From: the human T2T-CHM13v2.0 reference genome, Homo sapiens
Direction: 5' to 3' (one strand)
NCBI RefSeq assembly: GCF_009914755.1
Contig: NC_060931.1
DNA length: 64,000 bases
The translations under genes and the position numbers were made by a program. Shown piece after piece: positions 1-64,000 of the stretch. Within the stretch, counting starts at the first letter, position 1, and each line of letters starts with the position of its first letter. Below the pieces are notes generated by a model. That model was not told the DNA's origin. It searched no databases and saw only the letters and a list, made by a program, of their open reading frames with translations.

Positions 1-23
1 ATGATGAAACCCCACCTCTACTA

Positions 24-585
<562 letters not shown>

Positions 586-1599
586 GGACTTTTTGACTAC
601 CCACGCGTCTATGTTCTTCCTAGAGAAACTGTGTGCTATTTACAATCCCTACAACTCCCTAAAAGTCAGGTCCTGTTAGCTGCCACTCTGATTTTGTCAT
701 TCCGCCCTTAAGTGCCATCATTCTGGTGTCCAGTGCATCAGGAGCCCATCATCTTCATTGCTATCAGTGAGCCAAGTTCCAGGACAGCCCCTCCTTCCAT
801 CAACTATGTTCTACTGGGGAAAGCACCACTGAACTTATTAGCGACGTTGCTGTCCCTCTCACCAATGCGTTCCCTATGGCCTTGATGAATATGGCTCCTT
901 GAGCGATCCTATGGGACATAATCCCCGGGTGGCTGTTCTGGCCTAACCTTACATCTATTTCAGCATGTCCCCTTTTCTGAGTCTTTTAATCCTTTCCTCT
1001 ACTGCCTGACATAGCAATTTAGGCACTTCAGACTCACTCTTCATGAATCAGCACTTTTCCAGGATTCAGGGAGCCAACCTAGCAGCAATTTTGTACCATC
1101 CCCTGGTTCTTATCAGGATGCTCAACCTCGTATCCTGAGATGTGCCCTTATGTCAATAAATTCTCCTGTATACAATCTCATATTATTCCAGCTCACTTGA
1201 CAGACCAGTTCTCTCAGAATGCTGAAGTTGGAAGTCAAAGTGTATGAAGTAAAGAAATAAAACAATTGAGTATAGAACATTCATTTTAGAGGATTGACAG
1301 GGAAGGGAAGGGAATGGGAAGGGAGGAGAAGAGAGGGAAAAGATTGTTCCGGTAATGAGAGGGAGAATTTTTTTTGTTCAACTGATACTTGCCCGTGTTT
1401 TTATTTTTTTGTTTTTGTTTATTATTATTATTGTTTGTTGTTATTTTACTAGAAGATCTGGGTATTTTTGAAAGTTTCAATGAAATAGATCTGAGGAGAG
1501 TGCAAAGCTGAAGTTGCTAGGGCATGTTAGGGTGACATTGAGCCATATGAACCTGTTGAAGCACCGATCAGAGAGGGAAGCAGAAAACACACAGGCTGC

Positions 1600-1820
1600 A
1601 ATGAGTCAGCTATGCTGTAATGAGTCAGCTATGCTAAATCATAGAAATGAAAAGTACATAAACATCAGAGAGTTGAGTCAAATTTGGACATTTGGAATGT
1701 CCGAAGTCCCTGCCAAACAGGTGTTCTACAGGAGATATGGGAGTCGAGAGAGGCATTAATCAAATGGTCAGACAAATGGAGGAAGGCTGCAGTCGGGGGC
1801 AGGCACCAGGGATTTCCCTA
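1600..1820. promoter_or_regulatory. Candidate inducible enhancer (3x AP-1, IRF-like, NF-kB)
   Basis: TGAGTCA at 1602, 1621 and 1674; GAAATGAAAAGT at 1644; GGGATTTCCC at 1809-1818, in non-repeat DNA. Confidence 0.5.
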
Positions 1821-2169
1821 CCTCGAACCTGCATCACTGCAAGTGCCTCCGGGAGTACTGTACTGGCAAGGGAAGGAATTGCAGGTATACTTTTAGAATT
1901 GGAAAAGGGCCATATTCCTCTCAGAGGACTATTTACAAACTTTGTTTTCGTGGTGTTAAAATGAGGCTGCAACCCCTCTTCCCGTAACATATCTGAGAGC
2001 AGAGAAAATGGGGATGTAGAAATCCAGAGGTGGGGTTAACTTGGTGACAATGGCCTGATGTGGTAACCAGCTGGCTCCCAGTGGGTTTTACCCGCAGGTA
2101 TTTGTAACTTTGTGCACCCTTCCACACTAAACAGCACAGATCTGTGTAATCAATAGGATACTGTCAAAA

Positions 2170-2512
2170 TAACAGTGTGACCTTCAAGACTAGGTCATAA
2201 AACCACACTGTGGGTTTCTCCTTGCTCTCTCTTGGATCCCTTGCTTTGGGGAAGCCAACTGTTACGTTGGGTGGACACACAAGCAGCCCTAGAGAGGAGT
2301 CCATGTGGCAAGTAACTAAACCCTCCCACCAATGGCCAGCACTAACCTGCCCAGCATGTGGGTGAGCCAGTGGGAAGGGGAGCTTTCAGCCCCACTCAAG
2401 GCATCACATGACTGCAGCCCCAATTAACTGTGACCTCACCGAGACTCTGCGCCAGAACCACCCAGCGAAGCCACTCAGCAGGAACTGAAAGAGATAAGAA
2501 TGTTGATTGCTT
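2170..2512 (+). mobile_element. MLT1-type MaLR LTR fragment
   Basis: CTAGGTCATAAAA, AGCAGCCCT..GAGGAGTCCATGTGG, CAGAACCACCCAGCGAAGCCACTC, GAGATAA motifs. Confidence 0.6.
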
Positions 2513-2939
2513 ACATTATACTGCTTCATGCTTATGTATCTGGTGAGTCTTAAGAAAATCAGTGAGGTAAGTTTAATTACCTCGACTTACAGAGGAGAAC
2601 ACTGAAACTCAGGTTAGCACACATCGGAAGCAGCAGAGGCAGGATTCAAATCTGGGTCTTGCTGACTCCAAGGCATACAACCCTATGTCACCTTCAGTTC
2701 TTGCTAGCAGCTGCCTTCAGCACTAGAGGAGGAAGTGAACCATGTAACACAACAGGGTCTGGCACCTCAGCAGCTAGCTGACATAGAGGGGCCCTCCTTA
2801 CAGGGCTCCCTGCATTGGAACACCTGATATTTTCCCATTAGCATCCTTTTATGTTTATATTGCTTTCTGATTTCTCAATTATCTTTCTGCCAAATAAACG
2901 GTTACACTAGCAATTACAAGCTGAAAATTATTTTTATAG

Positions 2940-3092
<153 letters not shown>

Positions 3093-4177
3093 TAGCTGCG
3101 ATTACAAGCACACATCACCACGCCCAGCTAATTTTTGTATTTTTAGTAGAGATGGGGTTTCACCATGTTGGCCAGGCTGGTCTCGAACTCCTGGCCTTAA
3201 GTGATCTGCCCACCTCAGTGTCCCAAGTGCTGGGATTGCAGGCGTGAGCCACTGTGCCCAGCCCAACAAAGCTACTTCGTTTTAACTGCTATGAAGATAA
3301 GTTACCAGGAAGGACATAGTGGCTCAGGCCTGTAATCCCAGCACTCTGAGAGGCTGAGGCAGGAGGATTGTTTGGGCCAGGAGATTGAGCCCAGTCTAGG
3401 CAACATAGGGAAACCTCATCTCTACAAAAAAAATTAAAAAATTAGCCAGGCATGCTGGCACATGCCTGTGGTTCTATCTACTAGGGAGGCTGAGGTGGGA
3501 GGATCAATTGAGCCCAGGAGGTTGAGGCTACAGTGAGCCATGGTTGCACTATTGCACTCTAGCCTGGGTGACAGAGCAAGACCCTGTCTCAAAAAAAAAA
3601 AAAAAAAAAAAAAAAAAAGAAAAAGAAAAAAAGGTAATTTACCTTTTATATTGAAATAAATATTGACTCCCATATCTTTAACTCATTTCAGTTAAACTTC
3701 GGCCATAAAGAAGAATTTGGGAGTTCTCAAATTTCTTTTTAATTTTAGATTACAGAAAATTTCTACACAAAAATAGAATAGTACAATAAATGCCCATGTA
3801 CTCATCATATAGCTTCAACAATTATCACCTGTAGCTGTCTCGGTCTGCCAACGTACTCATAGTTGAGCCACAACATGGTTATCCCTTAGTACTTATTAAA
3901 TCGTTTTTTAAAAAGCACCAAAATGTTAATAAGTGTTGTTTCTTGGGTATAAATTTTATAGATGATTTACATTTTCTTGATTTTACTTCTCAGTACCTTC
4001 CCAAATTTCCACAGTGAATATGAAGTACTTTTGTAATAAGAGAAAATGCTATTTTAAAATGATTGAAAAAATGTCTTTTTTTCGGCCAGGCGCGGTGGCT
4101 CACACCTGTAATCTCAGCACTTTGGGAGGCCAAGGCGGGTAGATCACTAGGTAGGGGGTTTGAGACCAGCCTGACTA

Positions 4178-4559
<382 letters not shown>

Positions 4560-5466
4560 TTGAAAAAAATGTATTTCTTTAAGGAGTATATTTTCAAATG
4601 CTTGGTCCAGGAGTCATTCTTGTTCTTGCTTGGAACAAGCCATCAGTAATCCTTTCCCCATGATTTCATATAGTTCACTAAGAGGGAGCAAAAAAAAATT
4701 TGGGCTTTATTTTTGAGACAGGGGCTTGCTCTGTCATCCAGGCTGGAGTGTAGTGGTGTGATTATAGTTCTCTACTGCCTTGAACAGGGCTCAGGGATTC
4801 TCCCACCTCAGCCTCCAGAGTAGCTAGGACTATAGGTGCACACCACCGCACCAAGCTAATTTTTTATTTTTCATAGAGCTGGGGTCTCACTATGTTGCCC
4901 AGGCTGGTTCTTGAACTCCTAAGCTCAAGCAATCTTCCCACCTCTGGCCTCTTGAAGTGCTGGGATTATAGGTGTAAGCCACTGTACCCAGCCAAAATAT
5001 GGTTTTTAAAGCCTTCTCTTTTTTCAGAAGGAACAATCTCTATTAAGAAAAAACAAAACATTCTTTTGTTTTTTTGGCAAGGCAGAATATTTGTAAACCT
5101 AGCAAACAAAAAAAGAAAAAACTGATAGCCCTCAAACAGAGCCAATGAATAGATTTACTGTGGCTCTGTAGCAGAGAGTGGAGGATTCTTCTTTTCATGA
5201 GATTTTTTTTCCTTAAGGAAAATCAACCCTAGCAGGAAATGCCAAAACTTAGTGCCTTGGCATACCTTCAGCAACTCATGGCCCCGGTCAATGACAGAGA
5301 CATGATTTCTACAGTGATTTCTAAGGACCTAGGGTCAGCATCACTGTGTATCAAGGCTGAATTGGAGAAACATAGACTCCAGAGCAGCACTCTAAGCTCT
5401 GGGCTGGATTATCTTTAAAATAAACAAACAAACAAAACCAGATTTAGCAAGACACAATTTACTTAC

Positions 5467-6238
<772 letters not shown>

Positions 6239-7606
6239 TGAGTAGCTGGGATTACAGGTGCACACCATCATACCAGGCTAATTTTTGTATTTTTAGTAGA
6301 GACGGGGTTTCACTATGTGGGTCAGGCTGGTCTTGAACTCCTGACCTTGTGATCCACCCACCTCGGCCTCCAAAAGTGCTGGGATTACAGGCATGAGCCA
6401 CTGCGCCTGGCCAATTCAATGCTTTTTAATAAATTTTTATTGTCATACAATCATCAAAACCTGGATTATGTTTTACAGTCCCTCAGAATCCACTGCTCCA
6501 TTGCAGCTGCAATGAAATTGCAAGTTCCAACTTTGCCTGTTACCTATGCAACCAGGTTTTGTGTGCCTATGTTATATGTTTCATAATACCATTAGAGCCG
6601 TAGTTCGGAATAATAACTTCTTCTCAAGTACACTCAGTGTCATATTCTGCCCTTCATAACTACAGCTACAGTTCAAACAGCCTCTACCAGGATTTAGAGA
6701 TTTAAAGCTATACCTAACTGTTGGAAGTCAGTGGTCATTTCAATTGATTTAGGAAATTCAGCAGGGTTGTTTATAGTATCATCAACCCTTCAGACCCTGG
6801 CAAGAGAAGCCCCTGCTCTGGGCTCTGTACTGTGGCCACATCCTAAGCCAGGTATGAAAAGTCCATGGAGTTAAGGGGTCATTGCACCTCTCCTGACCAT
6901 GCTGTGGTGCCCAGGACTCTGAATCCCCCGCTGATGCAACCCCAAGCCTGTTTCCACACCTGAGCAGGTCTCTTCCTGGGGTCTGTTCTCCCTATAGGTC
7001 TATTAGGAAATGACAGATCACAGATGAGTTGGGTGACTACAGCTTGAATTTGTGGGCTGGGTGTCCACACACATGCACAAAGCCCTACATAGTGTGGGTA
7101 GAGAGAACCTGGAGTGAGAAGAGATGGGTTGTGGGCTGAGGGTTGTGGCTGGATCTCTTTGCATTGCCACATCCACAACAGAATTTTGAGAAGTCCGAGA
7201 ATTCTAAATTGGAGCCTGACCTTCTTCATAATAGTATATTTGTCAAGGTAGGAGGATAAAACATTTTATTGAACAGTTTGCTAAGCTGATTTAAAATTTT
7301 CCAGCATTTAGCTATATGGTATATGGACCTCCACATGTATGATTTCATTTATATTAAATGTCCAGAATAGACAAATCTATAATGACAATAAAGAGATTAG
7401 TAGTTGCCAGAGGCTGGGAGGAGGGGAGAAACAATGAGTGATTGCGGACGGGTGTGGGGTTTCTTTCTGGGGCGATAACAGTGTCCTGGAATTCAATAGT
7501 GATAATGGATGCACACTGTGAATATACTAAAAGCCACTCACACTTTAAAAGTGTGGGTTTTATGGTAATTTGAATGATATATCAAGCTATCACCAAAAAT
7601 ACACAA

Positions 7607-8213
7607 TGGGAGTTCAGAAATGCCACCCCAAACTATGATGATTTGACATGCTCATTACTTTGAACTGATGTCACTTGGGGAAAAACAGATGCAGGCAGAG
7701 ACTTTCTCTGAGATCTGCTTATCTGCCTAAGACAGATCAAGGGATCCTCCAAAAGGAACTCAATTGTCATGAATCCCCTCCCCTGGAACCTTATCAACCA
7801 GGGACAATGAACTTAGATCAGAGAGGGGGAGACTGGAGGTTGACATCATGCCTAGACAGCCACCTCTTCTTCTGAGGGCTGCTCCAAGAGAACCTTTATT
7901 ACTTGAGAGGCTTCTCATTTGCATAACAAGAAACCTTTGTTCACCATACACTTCCTCCCCTCATATTCTCATAACTGGTGTCACCACCACCCACGCAGAA
8001 GTCCAAAGCCTCTATTCCCTTCTGTACCTCAGGGTGCTATATAAGCTTCAATCATCTGACCCTTCTTTGAATCTCATATTTTGTGGGCTTGCATGGGTAT
8101 GTACATAATTAAAAATGGATTTCCTCTTGTTAATCTGTCTTATGTCAGTTTAATTCATAGCCCAGCCAAGGAACTTAGAAGAGTAGAGGGAAGTCATTTT
8201 TCACTCCCCTACA
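7607..8213 (+). mobile_element. Solo LTR, MER34/MER39-like (ERV1)
   Basis: TGGGAGTTCAGAAATGCCACCCCAAA start and GAACTTAGAAGAGTAGAGGGAAG..CTCCCCTACA end typical of this LTR group; TATA-like TATATAA near 8038. Confidence 0.6.
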
Positions 8214-8431
8214 AGAACATTCTGCTGTAAAGAGGAGCTAGAAATAATTTTTGTTTTAAATTCAACCAAACATAGGGATAATTCTGAAATTTGGAACCAA
8301 AAGAATTATAAGTACACTACTGGTGAATTTGTGCTTATCTGAAATCTACACATGTAGCTGTCTTTATGTATCTCTGTATATCGATGTTTTTCTATATATA
8401 TAATCAGTGAAGTAAGATATCTAGTCATTCA

Positions 8432-8903
<472 letters not shown>

Positions 8904-9320
8904 CTAGTTATTCAGGAGGGTATGTAATGTAACTCAACAATGCACAATTACTTAAATTCGCTCAGGAGAATTACCTCATTTTGCCCAACTTGTTACTGTG
9001 AAAAAAAAAAAAGAAAGAAAATTTCAGGACCTTCCAAATTTATTATGCCAAAGGGAAAAGTCAAGCCCTGGAAACCAAGTCATGTAACACGGCTGTTTTT
9101 CTTCTCTGGTGCATGACTGTTGCTTCCTGATCTTTTTGTTGATGTTATACATTAACCAGCCTCTCTATTCTTTATTCAAACCTAGACTAAATGACGTTGG
9201 AGACGGAGACTCTTGTGATTGTTACCTCTTTACAACAAAATGTTAAACAACCCCCTTAGAGTGTAAACAACAGTAGTGAATTAAATCTTCTGTGTATATT
9301 AGCCTTATATAGAAAATGCT

Positions 9321-9737
<417 letters not shown>

Positions 9738-10475
9738 CTACATCGCGGAGCACTGATCACCATTCTTTCTTTGGTGTCTGTGTTTACCTGATGGCCACTC
9801 TCACACTTTGCACTTGAATAAACTCTTTTAACTGGATCCTGAGCTGTTTGATTATATTAGATTGACATTTTGATGATCCAGAGACTCTAAGCGGGCCTCC
9901 TGAGATCTGTGCCTCTTTGCTGACATTCGGAGCTTTGGTGTCTACAGGAGCGGCTTTTGCTCATCCCACCTCATTGGAACTGGCAGGGGGCTCTGGCAAG
10001 GCTTCCTCTCAGGTTTTGAATCTCCCTGGCTTTGACTGAGATTCACACTTTACACAAGCGATCCAGTTCTATGCTCCACAGAGCTGGAATTGAAGCTGTA
10101 CTTTAAGATAGAAGTTTTGTTTGCTTATTTTGTCTTTCACAGATTTATGACATTCACTTTTCTTTGAGGTTAAGGTTTGTTTGTTGAACTACTTGCTACA
10201 CTTTGTATGGCCCTTTCGGTCATTCGAATTTGGTCAGAGGACAAAATAGGTTCTCTCTCTGAAAAGAGAAAGTGAATGTATGTGGCTTTAGGTAAATTTG
10301 TGGTTTTAGGCCAGGCCCAGTGGCTCACACCTGTAATCCCAGCACTTGAGAGGCTGAGGCAAGTGGATCACTTGAAGCCAGGAGTTTGAAACCAGCCTGG
10401 CCAACATGGCAAAACCCCATCTCTACTAAAAACACAAAAATTAGCCAGGCATGGTGGCATGTGCCTGTAATCTTA

Positions 10476-10580
<105 letters not shown>

Positions 10581-11059
10581 CTATGACTCAAAAAAAAAAA
10601 AAAATTGATTGGACCCAGGTTGGTGACCCAGGTTTTGGAGCTCAGTAAAAATTGACATTTAAGTTTAATTCTTGAGTGACCAAAAATTTATAAACAGGGT
10701 TCATATGAGGACATAAGTCCCAAATACAAAAGACCTTGTTCCTCCCAGAAGAAAAGCACCTTAGGTGATTGAGGTCATGTAAGAATGTCAGAGTCCATAG
10801 CTTGGGATGTGTAACTATGCTCTAGGGAAATCTCAAAGAAGAATATGCAGGGAAATCTGCTTAACTCGGTGGGCACACATAAGGGGTTGGGCTCCCAGTA
10901 CCTAAAACCCCCAGAAATTTCTGGGTTTCATTGGGACACATAAGAGGGGAGAGGTGACTCATGGGTGAAACCTTGAGGAGTAAAAACTATTAAGCAGCAC
11001 ACTAGACCCAAAACGTCTTTCCCTTTCAATCTTTGGTCAATTTAAAAGAGGATACAAAT

Positions 11060-12113
<1,054 letters not shown>

Positions 12114-12115
12114 AA

Positions 12116-14112
<1,997 letters not shown>

Positions 14113-15229
14113 AAAGATTAGACAGACAAGGCCCATTATAGAAATCTCTTAGAAGACTTTCATAAATGCTCAGGACTGTAGGCAGACACACAAAACTGCA
14201 AAGGCATTGCTTCAAGCCACTCCTCACTGTTTCTAAGAGTAGTTGACTGTAGTAAAATACAACAAGGTCAACAAAATCCAGATGAGTCAGTAATATCATA
14301 TTTTGAGAGGTGTGAGTAAACTTAAACAATATTCGGGTTTATCTGAAGAAAGCTAAGCTAATAATCAAAATGATATTCTTCTCAACTCCAGTTTTATAAA
14401 TAGGTTAGATGAAGAATTAGCACTAATAATGAAAAGACAAAACCCTCGCTGGGCCACTTCTCAAAATCATAATTTGGTCAGTCTTGCTGCCCAGTTGTCT
14501 CATAACTGAAGACAAATCTGAGAAGGAGGCCAAACAAAAGAGCAAGGCTAATAAAATTATGATTTTACAGTCGAAACAAATGTCCACACAATTTGGACCT
14601 TCAAGATATCCTTATAAATCCGCAAATAGACTTAACCATACACTTTCAATTAATGCAAAAAGCCTGATCACATTAAAACGAACTGCCAAAAACTAAAAAG
14701 GAAAGAACAACAGGTGGAGTCAGATAATAAAGAATGGGGGTGCTCCATGGAACTTAAAGGGGCCTTTCCTTTTCTCCTTACACTCTGAGAGAAAAGAAAT
14801 TGTTTAAAACTCCCCTTACTGTTTTCATCCCTCATTCTGTGGAAGCATTGCTAAACTTGAACCACACTCAACGTTATTCAATGAGTAGACTAACTTCATA
14901 GAAAGTTTCACTTCTTTTAGCTTCTCATGTCACCATCTCTAGATGTAACAAGCTAAATATTGCAACTCTTCTTCCTTCACTTTCAGATGAAACACCACAC
15001 AATTGCATAACTCTAACTGATAAACTTGTTTTCTCCTAGGACTGATCTGCAAGAGACTTTTCTTACTTAGGCTAATGTTGTTTGGTTTACAGACGCATGT
15101 TATTTAAAGGATGAATCTGGAACTTACTGTAAAGGTTTACGCAATAGTGTCTTTAACAGAAGAAATAGAAAGTGCTTACCTTCCAGAAGCCACTTAGATT
15201 CACTTCTGTCTTTGTACCACAACTGTGTA

Positions 15230-15730
15230 TTGAAGATGTCATTTGCCATGTACAGGCCCTAACCAATTACACACAAAAGGCCCTAAATAACAGCCACATG
15301 AATGTCTCATTATTAAATAATGAAGTTACTGTCATGAGAAGACTGTATTACAAAACTGTATGGTCTTAGACATACTCACTGCAGCCCAAGGAGGAATCTG
15401 TGCTATGACAGAAACTGAATGCTGTGTTTATATCCCAGATGAATCAAATAACGTCACCAAATTAATAACTGATTTGAAAAACTCTAATAATTAACCTTTC
15501 GGATCCAAAACCCTCTCTAAGCTACTGGTTAAGTAATTGATTTGGATCTTGGGGAACTTGGTGGCAAAAGCTGTTATGTATTTTAGGAATTATCATAGTT
15601 TGTGTTTTGTCTTGCCTTTGTCTGCAGAGCTGTTATGGTATTTATCTGCAATTGGGTCAACACACAGCTGAGAAAATGTGTAGAACAAAGACTACTCAGA
15701 GAATTGTTTGATTGAAGAGGCAGCCGTGTA
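15230..15730 (+). pseudogene. ERV env TM remnant
   Basis: 15348-15440 reads [31 protein letters not shown] = gamma-type immunosuppressive domain plus CX6CC; hydrophobic TM-like stretch follows; frameshifted. Confidence 0.85.
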
Positions 15731-15929
15731 GCCTGAATCAGGTTCCAGAACTACTTTCTCTTGTTGCTTTATAATTCGGACTTGGTCCTTTCCAATTTCC
15801 CCTCCTCCCTGGGATGTGACTGCCAGGAAGGGGCCTTCCTAGTGACATGAGGTTTGATCAAATACACGGCCTGAGAATATAATTCTTCTATAATGCTTTC
15901 TCTGAAAGCTTTTGAAGAAAAGGGGAAAA

Positions 15930-16417
15930 TGTGAAAAGAAAATTTCAGCACTTTCCAAACGTACTATGCCAAGGGGAAAAGTTAAGCCCTGTAAACTAAA
16001 TCACAGAACATGGCTGTTTTTCTTCTCTGGTGCATGACTGTTGCTTCCTGATCTTTGTGTTGATGTTATATATTAACCAGATTTTTTATTCTTTATTCAG
16101 ACTAAATGACGTTGGAGATAGAGACCCTTGTGATTGTTACCTCTTTACAATAGAATATTAAACAACCCCCTTACAGTGTAATCAATAGTAGTGAATTGAA
16201 TCTTCTGTGTACGTTAGCCTCATCTAGAAAATGCTGTAATTACGTACAGCACTCCTGTTTTTGGTGATATAAATGACCCTCACCTTTCCCTGCATCAGGG
16301 AGCACTGATCACCATTCTTTGCTGTCAGTGGTTCCCGGGATAGCCGCCCTCACACTTTGCACTTGAATAAACTCTTTCAACTGGATCCCTGAGCTTTTTG
16401 GTTATTTTAGGCTGACA
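15930..16417 (+). mobile_element. ERV 3' LTR
   Basis: TGTGAAAAGAAAATTTCAG...GGCTGACA; preceded by a polypurine tract. Confidence 0.88.
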
Positions 16418-17045
16418 TTAGTTAACTAACAAGATGTTAGTTCTTCAGTCTGTTAATTCTGAGGGGTTGACCAGAGGTCCTGTAAGGTCCCTTCCAACTC
16501 TAACATTCCACGATTTCGTGAATTTAAAGACTGTGGTTGCCCCTGTATTAACTGGGTTCAGGAGTAAGATAGATAAATTAAGTCATCCAATCGACAAATA
16601 TTTATTACAGTTCTCTATTGTGTGTAGGTGTATCTGTGGAAATAGGAAACTGTATTTTGGTGCACTCCTGCTTCCAAATCACAGAACTACAACTCCTTCA
16701 GCAGAAATTTTCTAAGCTTCCCGCACCAGCCAGAGACCAAGATTCTGCGGTGCACATAGTCAAGGGTTGCTATGGAGTCCAACACGGCCCCAAACAGAAG
16801 TGGTCCCTGAAAATTTCTTTCCCAGAAAACTTGCATTTGAAAAACAATGCCATTCCAATTCGCCTTTTCCTAAAGTAAACTCATAAATAGAGACAACCAA
16901 ACTTTCGCTCTCAGCCCAGAGAACGACGCTCTCCTCCCAAGAGGAACCTCGGCTCTTCCGCGGCAGAAGCTGCACGGAACCAAGAAGCCGCGGGCGCTGG
17001 TTCTCCAACGAGCTTTTCTCCCGTTCGTACCAGCGTCCAGGCGGG

Positions 17046-17059
17046 GTTACCGTGGAGAC
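17046..17059. promoter_or_regulatory. RFX X-box (ciliary gene promoter element)
   Basis: GTTACCGTGGAGAC matches the GTNRCC-NN-RGNAAC palindrome typical of IFT/BBS promoters; weaker second copy GTTGCTATGGAGTC at 16766-16779. Confidence 0.75.
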
Positions 17060-17139
17060 AGAACGTGCTGTGTGGATGCGGCGAAACGCTGAGGCGCGGC
17101 CTTCGCTGTGTGGTGGGGACTCACAAGACCGACGTCAAG

Positions 17140-62933
<45,794 letters not shown>

Positions 62934-64000
62934 GTGAGTCTTCTTTTTTTAAATATTACAAGAAGAATCCTCTTTTTCTTTTTGGTTGCATAATCTGTTC
63001 GGAAATGACATTGAAAGTTTTCTAATTTTATTTTGCATTTTGTTCTGTAGAATGAGTAAACACTGAAATTAAGCGTTGTTAATGCTACTCAGTAAGAGTT
63101 GCCATGTAAATGTGTCATGCAAGTTTACCCTGTGATTAGTTCTACTATATAGCATTGACCTAGTACTTATAGCCTGAAAAATGTCAAGTTCTTCCTAAAG
63201 TCTCATTAAAGTTTCCAGAGTCTCAGTTTATAGTGTTGTTTATGAAATGATGCTGTTACACTAATTTTAACTTTTCACTATGGGTCAAGTCTGAAAAGTG
63301 GCAAAATGTCAAAAATGTAATTTTTTGGTATATTATAGAACTTTAGGCCGGGCGCGGTGGCTCATGCCTGTAATCCCAGCACTTTGGGAGGCCAAGGCGG
63401 GTGGATCACGAGGTCAGGAGATCGAGACCATCCTGGCTAGCACGGTGAAACCCCATCTCTACTAAAAATACAAAAAATTAGCCGGGCGCGGTGGTGGGCG
63501 CCTGTAGTCCCAGCTGCTCGGGAGGCTGAGATAGGAAAATGGCGTGAACCCGGGAGGCGGAGCTGCAGTGAGGGGAGATCACGCCACTGCACGCCAGCCT
63601 GGGCGACAGAGCGAGACTCCGTCTCAAAAAAAGAAAAAAAAAAGAACTTTACTTTGTCTCTGTCTCTAACTCACTATTGTTTCTTGTTCCTTTTTAAAAC
63701 TCAAGATTTAAAATGTTGGCCAGGCACAGTTGCTCACACCTGTAATCCCAGCACTTTGGGAGCTTGAGGCAGGCAAATCACTTGAGGCCAGGAGTTAAAG
63801 ACCAGCCTGGCCAACATGGCAAAACCTCAGCTCTACTAAAAATACTAAAATTAGCTGGGTGTGGTGGCACACACCTGTAATTCCAGCTGCTTGGGAGGCT
63901 GAGGCACGAGAATCACTTAACCTGGGAGGCAGAGGTTGCAGTGAGCCAAGATCGCACCACTGCACTCCAGCCTGGGTGACAGAGCAAGACTCTGTCTCAA

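Overview
Primate (human-like) genomic DNA, not prokaryotic; there are no CRISPR arrays, rRNA or tRNA genes. The window holds the CpG-rich promoter and coding exons 1-15 (about 437 codons, all GT-AG introns, phases consistent) of the + strand ciliary IFT-B gene TTC26/IFT56; its 3' end lies beyond the window. Upstream are 17 kb of intergenic DNA with solo LTRs, an AP-1/NF-kB/IRF motif cluster and a decayed two-LTR ERV1 provirus (gag/pol/env remnants, interrupted by a TSD-bounded L1PA and Alus) ending about 0.65 kb before the promoter. Intron 12 carries a nested insertion: an AluJ fused to an L1MA under one 16-bp TSD, containing an antisense MSL3 processed pseudogene with a non-canonical first exon, which itself contains an Alu. 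The most unusual signal is a set of locally templated copy-paste scars not explained by transposons: a 156-bp inverted repeat whose spacer is a copy of intron 13, a ~320-bp segment copied across 32.8 kb with an Alu-Alu junction, an 80-bp copy inside an L1 and a micro DUP-INV-DUP. Most ORFs in the track are Alu/L1 noise. Repeat subfamily names come from recalled consensus sequences and repeat boundaries are approximate.
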